64,000 bases of DNA from Lama guanicoe. Taxonomy: Eukaryota. The DNA is taken from contig MU055574.1 in assembly GCA_013239625.1 (NCBI GenBank), positions 3,538,331 through 3,602,330 of the forward strand. The letters are read 5' to 3'. Under the pieces are notes generated by a model. That model did no database searches. It worked only from the letters and a program-made list of their open reading frames with translations, and was not told the origin of the DNA. This document shows positions 36,908-49,400 of the stretch, in pieces (the stretch's first letter is position 1; each line of letters begins with the position of its first letter). The position numbers and the translations under genes are program-made.

Positions 36908-37450
36908 TTATGAAAACTCTTTGGAATCCGCTGTAGGTCTGTAACCAATCAAGGACTCTTTAGCACCTTCGTCCACAAGCAGATCCACTAACACATGTGG
37001 TTTATCATAACCAAAGGAGGTGGTAGTGTTTCTCAGTGTTACGGGCTCTTGCCCTTCTGTCTTTATTTCAGTTTTATTACTTTCTGAGTCACAGCAGTTG
37101 TTCAGTATCACAAGGCCACCATCAGAACCATTTCTGGAGTGATAGGCATTTAAAGTGATGCTGCAGGGTTCAGACTGGTTACTGCTTGAGTGGACAGAAT
37201 TCTCTGTCTCTACTGAGGTCACAGGGCTACTAGGGAACAAGTCAGAAATATTTTCTTCAGTGGTCACCACTTCCGTTTCACTAGAAAGATCTCCGTGTTC
37301 CGCTTTTCCTGGATTGTCTTCAGTAAGCACGCTTGAAATTGTCCCTGGAGACAACTGCTCGTTTTCTAGGGCAATTGGTTGGTAGATGATGGGTGATATA
37401 TATTTTGGCTCAGGTTTTGTCTCTAAAGAGCCATTTTTTACCACAGACAG
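36908..37450 (-). CDS. IFNGR1: IFNGR1 exon 7 coding part (cytoplasmic tail)
   Basis: Acceptor ccttag|CTG; YDKPH at 36995-37009; TAA at 36908-36910. Confidence 0.98.
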   Translation of the reverse strand: MSVVKNGSLETKPEPKYISPIIYQPIALENEQLSPGTISSVLTEDNPGKAEHGDLSSETEVVTTEENISDLFPSSPVTSVETENSVHSSSNQSEPCSITLNAYHSRNGSDGGLVILNNCCDSESNKTEIKTEGQEPVTLRNTTTSFGYDKPHVLVDLLVDEGAKESLIGYRPTADSKEFS

Positions 37451-40400
37451 CTAAGGAAACAGAAATCAATGATTAAAAATAATTATTAAACTTAAGTGTC
37501 TATCCAAAAACAAAAACAAAAACAAAAACAAAAACGATCTAAGGGTAATGGGTGAACACTAAATGGCATATTTAGGATAACAATGTAATAGAATCTGATG
37601 GTTGCTTTTTCCTTCTTTTAAATGAAAATATATTATATCAAGATGAAAAACAAGTTTTTAGCGTTTTTAGAAAGTCACTATCTCACCAACTTTTTGTGTA
37701 CTACCTTCCATGTGTATGCATGTTACATTTATAACAGGAGTACAGCTCCTTATTTCACGTAGTATTTGCACCATCTGCCTTCATAATTCTAATTTTCATT
37801 GGCTTAATAATTTTATACTGATGATTAAATAATTTATCTAAGTGTTAAGGTATTTCCAAACTTCAACCATTTATGGAACATGCTGGAGTGAATATTTTTA
37901 TACATCTTTTTCTTTATGAAATTTTTTAAAGAATTAATTCTTAGGAGTGGGATTACTAAATCTAAGAGTGTGGTGTGTGTGTTAATGGTGCCACTACTCT
38001 GTATACCCCTTGCATGCTTACCTTCCCACAAGGCTATAATTACCATTTCCCAGTGTACAGCGGTTCTATTACTAAGGTACTAATGGATATTCAGGTTTTT
38101 CCTTCTCTAGTGAGTGTAAAATAGTTGCGAGGCTGGTTTGTGCTTCACTACTAGTTAGGGTAAACACTGTAATTCACACATGAGTTGTCTATTAGCTGTT
38201 GACAGTTCTTATTATCCCCTCTACTTAAAGGTCATGTTTCCTACCAAACTTAAACATGCCCTTTGCATGTTACAGGTATTACCCCTATCATACTTGACTT
38301 AAATAGTTCTCATTCTATTACCTTAAAATGCTCTTTTCCTCATACAAAGGCTTTTAAACGTTAGGCATTAAAATGTCAAACTTCTAGTTTGGTCTTACTG
38401 TTGGCCGTCTTTCCTTCTACACTCCAGCCACAATGAAGTGTTTCTCTATTTGCAGATTTTCAGAAGTGATGCTTTCTTGACATTGGGCCTTAGCACGTAC
38501 TGTCCCTCAGTACCTGGATAAACGCCTGTCTGTCCCTCAAGACTATTCAGACATCACCGCCTCTGGAAAAGCCACGACTAATCCTGCCCTTCAAAGGCAG
38601 ACGAAGTCCTCACTGGCATGTATGTAAAACCTCTAGCTTTAAACCTATCACACTGTTCACCCACTGAATACTTTTCTTTTTCTCCCACTAGACATTAAGC
38701 TCCTTAATAGACTTGTCTACCTATGCTTTTGCCCCATGCGTTAAAAAGTAACTGGTGCATAGTAAAAAGCATGTGGTTTTGGATGTGTGGTAGATTAAGT
38801 GATTTGTGATAGGTGGCATGCTGCTGAACATCCTTCTACTTTAAAAAACAAATTTTAAGAACTATCGAAAAGATTCAAATTAACATTTTAGTGTACAGTT
38901 GACCCTTGAACAATACTGAGAGTTAGGGGCACTGAGCCTTTGTGCAGTCGAAAATCCACGGATAATTTCTGACTCTCCAAAAACTTAACTACTAAGAACC
39001 CACTGTTGGCCAGAAGCCTTACTGATAACACAAATGGTTGATTAATATGTATTTCATATGTTATATGTATATCTACACATATTTTACACATTTATGACAT
39101 ACCTAACTTTTCCCTAATTTTGGGAATATTTCTAGGCTACGTGGTTTGTCTTTGAGTTTTTTCAAATTGTCACAAACCGCCAAAGCATTTTTCAATAAAT
39201 TCATTGAAAAAAAATTCAAGTGTAAGTGGACCCTCACAGTTCACACCCATGTTGTTCGAGGGCCAACTGTATATAATTAAAGAAAAAATACTTAAATACA
39301 CTACCAAGGATTTGGGTAACATGATGTTTTCTTTCTTAAGTGGATTCACCTTCTTGATGAGACAAAACACAACTACCGGGGTAAGTATCAGAAAGAGCAG
39401 TACAACAGCAACAATCGGAATCCAAACAGGATCTGAGAAAAGAGAAAAGTCACACATTAGAATTACGACGGTCACTGCTCTATCCATCAAACAGTCATAA
39501 AGTCTTCGTGCTATTCTTTAACAGATCTACACCTCAGGTAATTAATATGGTCAGATTTAAAGATCACTGACACAGAAGTCAGGAGAGATGAGTTAAACTT
39601 AGCTCTACCTCTCCTAGATATCAGTATGATTCTTCCCAGCTTTGAGATTTGAAACTTTCTGCAACTATACTGTCAGGATACAGTGTGGCTAAAACAGCTT
39701 TTTCATAACAATTTCCTAACAGCCCCAAATATAGGGTGTTTCCAGAGCTAAGCTTTTCTCTCAGTTGAAAAGGCAAAAGAAAAATTTCAAAATATATCTC
39801 TTTAGAAATAAATTCTAGCAATGTCTATAACTCTTAAAATAATTTAGTCTCACTCTTCTGAATTGTTACATTTTGCATTTATTTAAAAACTACAAAAATC
39901 TATAAATATACACAGATGCACAGTAAATATACACAGATACATACACACACACACACACAGGAAAGTTGCATTGGAATGAAGTCTCTTTGAATGCAAACTA
40001 GATAGAAAGAATCATATAAAACAGGGAAGATTTGTTTCAGAGCACAAATTATCTATAATCACAATTGTTTATTTTTCTCTGATGCTGCTTTTTATTTTCA
40101 CAGCATAATTGTCAGTATTTTTTTTCAGAGTCCTCTCTTCCAAGTTAACAGAACTTTAGGTATTGTGGTCGTGTTTGCCCTCTTTCATGGTATTTCATCA
40201 CCTTTAATTTCTATTCCAAAGTTACTTCCTTGAAATAGTAACTCTGTAAGGTACTAAAATGAATGCCAGTATCACACCTGTTACAGAAGGTGAAAAAATT
40301 AAATTATTACAATAGTAAAAGATAAAATAACCGCATAAGCAATACAAGCACCTCACTTAGAAGCACTGAGCAGACAGGAAATGCTGCTCATGAGCCACGG

Positions 40401-43400
40401 TGGTGCCATCATGTGGCCACAATATAAGCCCACCTTATACTTCAGGATTTTTTTTTTTTTAATAAATCTGGGGCATTTGTATCATTTCAAATTTTGTGCA
40501 TTAATTAGGATTCTTCTTTTCAAAACAGCAAAATGTAAACTGGCACTAAATTCATTACACTGCATCATTTTAAGTCACATATGTGAAACCCTCATATCAT
40601 GGCCTAAAAATTTTTAGTCTTAAATTTAGGTGTTTGGTCTGATTCTTCAGCCTAGATTTCCATTCTTCAAAAAGATATTTGTATTATATAAATTTTTGTA
40701 CATTTTTAACCCTAGGAAACATATTCTAAAAACATCCAAACAATAACAAAAAATATACATATGCCCCCAAAGACAGTCACCAAAGCATGATTTATCATAG
40801 AGAAAATCTATAAATAATCCAAAAGTCCAAAAATTAAGGAACACTGAATAAACACAATCTACATGATAAAACATTCTAAACACATTAAAAATATTAATAA
40901 AATATGTAAAATAACATGGAAAATATTTATAGTATATGCTTAAAACAGTATATAAAATTACATATACTATACAGTATGATCATGATTATGTTGTAGAAAA
41001 GGAAAAAAAATAGGATGGAAAAAACCCAACTGTGAGTAACTGAGTATTCGCTTGGATAGTAGAACTACAGATAATTTTGTTTCATTCTGGCTTTTTATGT
41101 TTTATAAATTATCTATAATGAACACTTAAATTTTGTAACATCAAAGAGCCCAAATTTTTGTTAAGGTACCTGCCAGTTAAGAATGCCAGTTCTGAAGTTC
41201 TATTATATGTATCCCCCTCACACAAAGAAAAGATAATAAAATAAAAAAGTTATTTTAACATGTGATATAAAAATGACCCATAATCCATCATGTAAACCAA
41301 NNNNNNNNNNNNNNNNNNNNNNNNNNNNNNNNNNNNNNNNNNNNNNNNNNNNNNNNNNNNNNNNNNNNNNNNNNNNNNNNNNNNNNNNNNNNNNNNNNNN
41401 NNNNNNNNNNNNNNNNNNNNNNNNNNNNNNNNNNNNNNNNNNNNNNNNNNNNNNNNNNNNNNNNNNNNNNNNNNNNNNNNNNGAAGTCAAAAAGAGAAAG
41501 AAAAATACCATGATAGCACTCATATGTGGAATCTAAAAAAAAAAAGACAAATTAACTTATTTATAAAACAGAAATAGACTCACAGACATAGAAAACAAAC
41601 TTATAGTTACCAGCGAGGGAAGGGGGTAAGAAGCGATAAATTGGGAGTTTCAGATTTGCAGATACTAATTAATAGATATAAAATAGATAAACAAGTTTAT
41701 ACTGTATAGAATGAGGAACTATATTCAATTATCTTGTAGTAACTCAAGGGGAAAAAGAATATGAGAATATATGCATGTATATGTATCACTGAAGCATTGT
41801 GCTGTACATCAGAAATTGACACACACTGTAAACTGACTATACTTCAATAAATACATATATATATATAAATTAAAAAAATTAAACCAATCTATATTTATTT
41901 TTGGATGTTAATTTCCAGTGCTTCGCATGTTACACAGTTTAGTCAATGAACATTCCTGCTTTTTAGTTTTTAAACTTACCGAACCCATAAAGAACATTTT
42001 AACGGCTATATAGCATTTTGCTATACTGAAGTAAACTGACTTAAATTATTATGCATAATCCTGAAATGCAGACATTTATGCACATAGTTTTATGTGTCTG
42101 TTATATTTGTTTTCTTTCCTGGGCCAAAAGGTTATCACATGACTTTCTAAATTGGTTGTTTTGTATCTTTTAATCCCTGAGAAATGACCTTATTTTAAAT
42201 TTTGAACTCTGGGGAATGGAACTACTGAGTATTTTTTAAAAGAGAGAAGATTTATTGAAGTGGCAAACTGCCTCTTTGCACATTACCCTGTACTTAGGGG
42301 AAAATGGCAAGAACTTACTTTGTGTGCTCTTCTCATCAAAAATGGTAATACAAAGTTCTTTGGACTTCTCAGTTTTAACAGCCCACAAATCTGAAACTCC
42401 TTCTGCTGAAACACAGTACTCAGAATTCAGTGAGGACACCTGAATACTTAAGAAGCATGGAGTCTCATTACAATCATCTATCTTCTTCATGTATGTTTTA
42501 TCTGTGGCCTGTATGGAAAAAAAAAAACAATGAAAATGCATGGCTCCTTCTAATCTGCAATAAATGAACAAATAAACAAACAAACCATCATATTCTGGTC
42601 AAACATCTGAAGAAAACATATGTATGATGAATGTTGAACATGTCTGAAAATAGTGTTGATATCAAACAATAAGCCAGTTTGTTACTTCAACATGGCATGA
42701 TGCTATATATCCATTAAAATGTTCTCTATAGGGATTATAAATTTAAAAACTGAAACAGAGATTATAAATTTAGAAACTCAAATAGCAGGAATATTCATTA
42801 TTAGTTGCCAAACCAACAAATGTTCATTAGTCCTCTTCCTACAGTGCTAGAAACTTAGCTGGTGAGAGATACCAGCATACAGGTATCATGCAAAGGCCCT
42901 GGGCTTTGTCGGCAGTGAGGCACAGAAGGGAGTGAAGCCACCTCTGGGAGTTTATCATGGATCACTGATGCTAGGGCCTGAGGACACAAAGGTAGGGCAG
43001 TGGTCCCTGACCTCAAATAACTTATGATAGAGTGTGGTAAAGAGACAAGAAAGAAATGTAAGAGAGTAAGGAGTCCTGCACTGTATGGATCTAGGAATAA
43101 CCAGACCACAGAAGAGGAAATAGTCTACTGTGTCAGGAAAGAATCCCAAGGGGAGATGATATGCCAGCTGAATACTGAAGAGTGAATAGAAATTTTCCAA
43201 AGTAGGAAAGGTGGAGAAGGGCATTCTCTGAAAGAGCATGGTACCTGCAGGGAGCTAGGAACAACAAACAATTGCCCAAAGCACGAACGAGAATCAAGTT
43301 GGAGGGCTTGGGAGACAGAGGGCTGGAAATGACATGAGACCAAATCATGAAGGCTGTGGAAGAGAATTTAGATGTTACTTTGTAGCTAATGTAGATTTGT

Positions 43401-46400
43401 TAAAGGGTTTTAAGCAGTGAAGTAATATGGTTAGAGTCATACTTTAGAACGACAACTCCGTTAGCAACCAAAGTGATGTTTTAAAACCTAAATCAGATGC
43501 CATTCTTCTGCCTAAATCTTTCCAGAGGCACAGCGTCTCACTCGGAATGGAAGTCACATCCTTCCAATGCCTTCAGAGAAGTGGCCCCCAGTAAATGCTC
43601 AGACCTCTGTTTTCTATTCCACAGTACTTAACTGGAGTTTTGTCTGTACTGTTCACTGCCATTTCCTGGTGCCAGAAGGCACGGGGCACGTGCCTGACAA
43701 ATACCGTTAAATAAAGGAACGGCAGTGCTGTGGAGACTGGATGGAACAGGAAAACTCTAATCAAAGTGTGGTCCGCACACCAGTGCCAGAACGAAATCAC
43801 ATCCTCATAGCAGTAGTGCTAGTTTTTTCTTTCAAGAACAATGATTCCAATTAGAGCTTCATATTACTTTACATCATTACCTTACTACCAATGAGGAAAA
43901 AAATGATTAAAATTTTCTCATCTTAACTACTAGAGAAATGGAAAGACACAGGTTGATATCATAGGTTAGGACCATGCTGCTAAAAGAGGCAAAGAAAAAA
44001 CTTAAAATATACTCAAATGACCAGTGTTAAAAATTAACTCCACTTCCAATTCCCTTCAACAGCATTCATATATATTTCATCTTTCTAACTAAAACTTATG
44101 ATCCGTGAATCTTGCCTGAATGTTCATAAACAGTCTATTTTCATCACACCACATGTGGAAACAACTTATGCTAGCAATAGAAAAATTTCCAGCTTGAAAA
44201 AGATGAAACAGAAACACATACTTCACTTCCATTTATCCTCACAAACACATTGTATATGAATGTGTAACAAGAATTTTCATCATCATACACGAGTTCTGGT
44301 TCATTTCCATTTTCAGTAATGAAAGGGTGAAATATATCAACAATGATTTGGTCTTCCTTCTTTCTGATATCCAGTTTAGGTGGTCCAATTTTCCCTGGGG
44401 AAGGGACAAAAAAGAAACAGAATTTGTACCAGCCCTGGAATGTCACAGCGTATTACATAACATTATCAAAATCAATCAATCAACCTACTCTTTTTGTTGT
44501 TGTTGTTGTAAAGCAGGACTATGTTTAAACCATTCCACAAATATCTAGAAGATATTCTAACTGTCCTTAATAAAGAAATTTTAATAAATCTCAGGCAACA
44601 AGTATTCTTATCTCATCTAAGCTCCTCTTTAACAGTTTAAATTCATTTCCTGTCCTAAAGAAAAATAGTTGGTCATGAATCTTGGTAAAAAGCCTTGACA
44701 TAATAGAAGCTCTATTATTTTTCCTTTATCTTTGATTCTTTAGATTAAAAAACATTAAATGGAAGATCTGTTTTCTATAACACATTTCAGAAAAGGCATT
44801 GTAGTTATCTTTGAATCCTCATCAAAACTGTTTATACTTCCAATGCCTATGGGTGTCTGGCATGAAGGCTCTATAAAAGCTTGCTAGATACATTCAACTT
44901 TTACTTTGAAAATCAGAACTCGACATTCACTGATTCAACAACTATTTATTATGTGTGTTTGATGTCTGGAACTTTGTAGGTGAACCACGGTAGAGTATCT
45001 ATTCTTCACATACTGATCACACACCTGTGTGCCAGGCAGGTCTGTTTTTACTCACCAATGTATCCACAGGGCTTAGCATACTTCCTGGCACATAGTATAC
45101 CCTTGATACATTTGTGTGGGGAAAAGCTGACATATATAGATGGTATAATTATCAGGTGACAAAGGCGTGGACCACACAGAATAAAAGTACCTCAAGGGCA
45201 GGCAGAGGAGGGGCCTGTAGAAGAGAAAAGTAGACACAACCCTAAAAGAAGGAGTGGAACCAAGGCAGTGGTTGAAGTAACAAAGCACAGAAGCAGAACA
45301 GGGATGAAGGTGAAGCTGGCAGGCCAGGCACGAAGGGGCCAGCAGACCAGGGAGGAGTCCAGTGACCAACGGCTTCTTTCAGCCAGGAGCGAGGGTGTGA
45401 GCGCTACAAGGCTGAGGTTAGCCGGAGGGGAGGACTTGGCACTGAAGAGGCCAGAGCTCGAGGTGACAACAAAGACCAGGTACACCACGGGAACAGCACC
45501 GTGGATGCCTGAAGTGTGAAGAGCTGGAAATCACTGCGGCTGAAGAGATTATGGAACTCTTATTATTTTTAATGTATTAAATCGGTATTCAAATCCCCAC
45601 AGGCCTTGAGGACTTACGGTACAGGGGAAGACTGCAAACAGCTCTCGAAGTCCTTAGCGAATGTAATTGGGAGGGACTGACAGAAGACAGCGGGGAGGTG
45701 GTGCCATGTCCAGACAGTGGAAATGCAGCGGTGTACAAGGGGCAGAGTGAGGGGACCCTATTTTGTGGGACTTGACAGAAGAGGAAGACACGAACTCCCT
45801 ACATTCCTCCAAATGTTTCTGGGGCACTGTGATCATTTTAGCAACTGCTAATAAAAGCGAATATATACAGAAGACATGGGTAAAGCACTTTTCAAATGTA
45901 AAATTTAGACATGTGTATGTTCTACTCACCGTGTCTGCATAAAATAAACTCTTTTGACTCTGCATAAGCTGATTCTTTTTGTCCAAGCCTAGCTTTAACT
46001 CTAGCCCAGAGAGAACCTGATGGATCATTAATTAAGGAAAAGATATCACAAGAATGAAGAGAGGTATTGCAGGCATCAATCCATACTGGGTCCCTAAAAT
46101 GAAGGCCGAAGAAACACAAAGGTAACTTTTATTGTTAATACATAAACTTGAACCATCACTGTCTGCATCTTGCTTTTCATTCACAGCAGAGTAAGAATAG
46201 GATCGAGAAGCTAGGCAAAGTAGGAAGCCTTTACTCTGCAAAGAAGGTCTAGAAATTCTCTTACAATAATAAAGAGGCTCAATTCAAAATAAGACCTGTA
46301 CAAACCACATTCCACATGTAATTTTTAAAAATCTCCTCTTTAAACAAATCTAGACTCCATGCATAGTCATTACTTAATTACAGAATCCAGCACATTACAA

Positions 46401-49400
46401 TGAGTCCTAACATTGTCAACAAAGTTTGTCATTTTTCTTTCTACTCCACAATACATACACTACAGGAAGTAAGATGACTTCACTATTTTTAATACAAAAC
46501 TGTGAGCTTTATTTGTCATATATTAAAATGTCAGAAGTTGGTGCTACTTCTCTACTTCAATTTTGACAGGAAGAAGAACTAAGAGGCAGGAAGTATTCTG
46601 AAAAGAACTAATTTGCATCCTTATTAGTTCTGGAAGTCTAAAAGCAGCTCAGGAGGTTCTGCTATGGGGGAATGAACAGTGACAGAAGGAGGCAGTTATG
46701 AAATGTGCAAGGACCTAGACAAAAACAGAAAGAAAAAGATAAAAGACTGACACTCACTCATAGGCCTTCACCTGTACAGTAAACACAGGGGTCCATGGCA
46801 TGATCGGGTAATCCCAGAGTAGAACAGCATTCAAGTTATAGGCCTCAAAGGTCAGATTGGCTGGAACTGGCACTGTAACAGATTCAAAAAGTGGGACGGA
46901 TGATAGTAAGAAACTAGCATTAACATTAGAAAACCTTAACATAAGACGCCACGTTAGCCAAATATGTATTTGAAGGAAAGGAGTCATTAGAATAAATACA
47001 TTTATTTAAATTAAGGTATTTCTAAAAATTAATTTTATGGAAAACTGTATAGAATTATTCTACTTTATTTTGAATTACTGAAACAACATTATACCTAAGG
47101 GAAACACAAATACAGTATGAACAATAAATTCCTAGAGTGTTCTAGGAATTTTTATAAATAATTGTACTGCCTGTTGCGATAACAATCCTCAATTATTTAG
47201 TCACTAGAATTTTCTATATTCGAAACCACAGATTGTATGCAATGTCTAGAGAAGAGCTGGTTACACTAGGGATGGCCACTCTCACTGTGTAATACTACCC
47301 AGGCTCCCACCCCTCACCGAGTACCATCACACACCTTCACTGCCTTTTCTCCAGGAAAGGAATAGATGTCTAGTGATTGCCTGATGCGGCCATCAGCCAC
47401 TCCAGTTTCATCGACATTTTGTCCTCTAGGGTTTTTTGTTTTTTTTTTTTTCAAAACATACCCTGTATTTATTCCTGCCTTTGCTCTTTCAAACCATTTT
47501 AGAAAATGTTTGTTGATGAGATGTGAAAGTGTCACAGGAGAGAATAAGCAGAAGTCACTTTAACATCTTATAATCACACACTACCAAAACCATAATCTCG
47601 TTACTGAAAGCAGCCATTTTTCCCCCTGCTCAGTGTAAATGTGTTGTCCACCATCCCTTAGAAAAGTGACCGCACACACATCTCCTCCCTTCCTCCTTTC
47701 CTCTCTCTCCTTCCTTCTTTCCCTTCTTTCCTTCCCTTCTTTATGAATGAACATGAAGGTATATAATGAGCAATATGACCCAAAATTAAAGATTATTCTA
47801 TCCTACCTATCTGGAAAACACCATTAGACATCATTTGTTTATACAACTGAAATAAATAAATGAATAGCAATGTGGTCAGGTACAGTGGCTTCCAAACTAA
47901 CTTACTCTAAAAAATTCGAAGGGAGCCAGAAGTCTATACTTTTTAAAAGCACAGATGATACTGATGATCACTGAGGTTTATATCTAGTGGGCAGTTCTAA
48001 TAAGATATTCCCTGGGCTGGACATTGAGAAATCTGGGTTCTTTCCTTGCTATACTACTAAAGAGTTATTTCAGATTTTCTCATCTGTCAAGTGAGATGTT
48101 AATTTCACATACACAGGATATTTGCTTACTGTTAAAGAAAACACCAATATTTTTTCCCAAACCCAAAATTCCAATATTTGAACCCAAGCTGGTACATTGT
48201 CTTAATTTACAATTACTTATCACCTGCATTATCTTTCCCAGGCAGAATATGGATCGAGAGTTATTTAGGTAAAAGATCTGGACTCATGGACAATTAGATT
48301 CTACTGCCACCCCCCCTCCTTTTTTCTGATTATTTTCTCCTTTCTATCAGTGGTTTTCCACAAGAGGTGATTTTGTCCCCCAGGGGAAATCTGGCACTGT
48401 CTAGAGACATTTTCAGTTCTCATAACTCAGTGGTAGTGATGGGGAAGCTACTGGCATCTAGAGGACAGAGGCTACGGATGCTGCTAAATAGCCGGTAAAG
48501 CACAGGACAGCTTCCACGTCTCAGCAGTTCAAAACACCAACAGTGCCAAATACTCAGAAATCCTGCTTTATACATTCATAATTTTAAGAATCTTTTTTTT
48601 CTTTTTTTTTACTGAGGAGGAAAAACTAATNNNNNNNNNNNNNNNNNNNNNNNNNNNNNNNNNNNNNNNNNNNNNNNNNNNNNNNNNNNNNNNNNNNNNN
48701 NNNNNNNNNNNNNNNNNNNNNNNNNNNNNNNNNNNNNNNNNNNNNNNNNNNNNNNNNNNNNNNNNNNNNNNNNNNNNNNNNNNNNNNNNNNNNNNNNNNN
48801 NNNNNNNNNNNNNNNNNNNNNNNNNNNNNNNAGCAATTCCAATCCTGGGTATATAGCTGAAGAAACCAAAAACATTCATTCAAAAAGANNNNNNNNNNNN
48901 NNNNNNNNNNNNNNNNNNNNNNNNNNNNNNNNNNNNNNNNNNNNNNNNNNNNNNNNNNNNNNNNNNNNNNNNNNNNNNNNNNNNNNNNNNNNNNNNNNNN
49001 NNNNNNNNNNNNNNNNNNNNNNNNNNNNNNNNNNNNNNNNNNNNNNNNNNNNNNNNNNNNNNNNNNNNNNNNNNNNNNNNNAAAATAAGCCAAACAGAAA
49101 GACAAATATTGTATGCTATCACTTATTTGTGGAATCTAACAACAAATGGATGACTATAACAAAACAGGAACAGACTCACAGATACATAACAAACCAGTGG
49201 TTACCAGGGGCAAGACAGGTGTAGGGGATTAAGATACACAAACTATTATGTATAAAATAAATAAGCTACAAGGATATATTGTACAGCCCAGGGAATATAG
49301 ACAATATTTTATAACATTAAATGGAGTATAATCTGTAAAAATACTGAATCATTATGTTATACACCTGAAACTAATATAATATTGTAAATCAACTATACTT

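Noticed and set aside
39944-39959. (CA)n microsatellite as a functional element
   Set aside because: Short and ordinary.
48568-49122. ORFs containing X runs (also 41218-41536 and 61780-62182)
   Set aside because: Artefacts of reading through N gaps.
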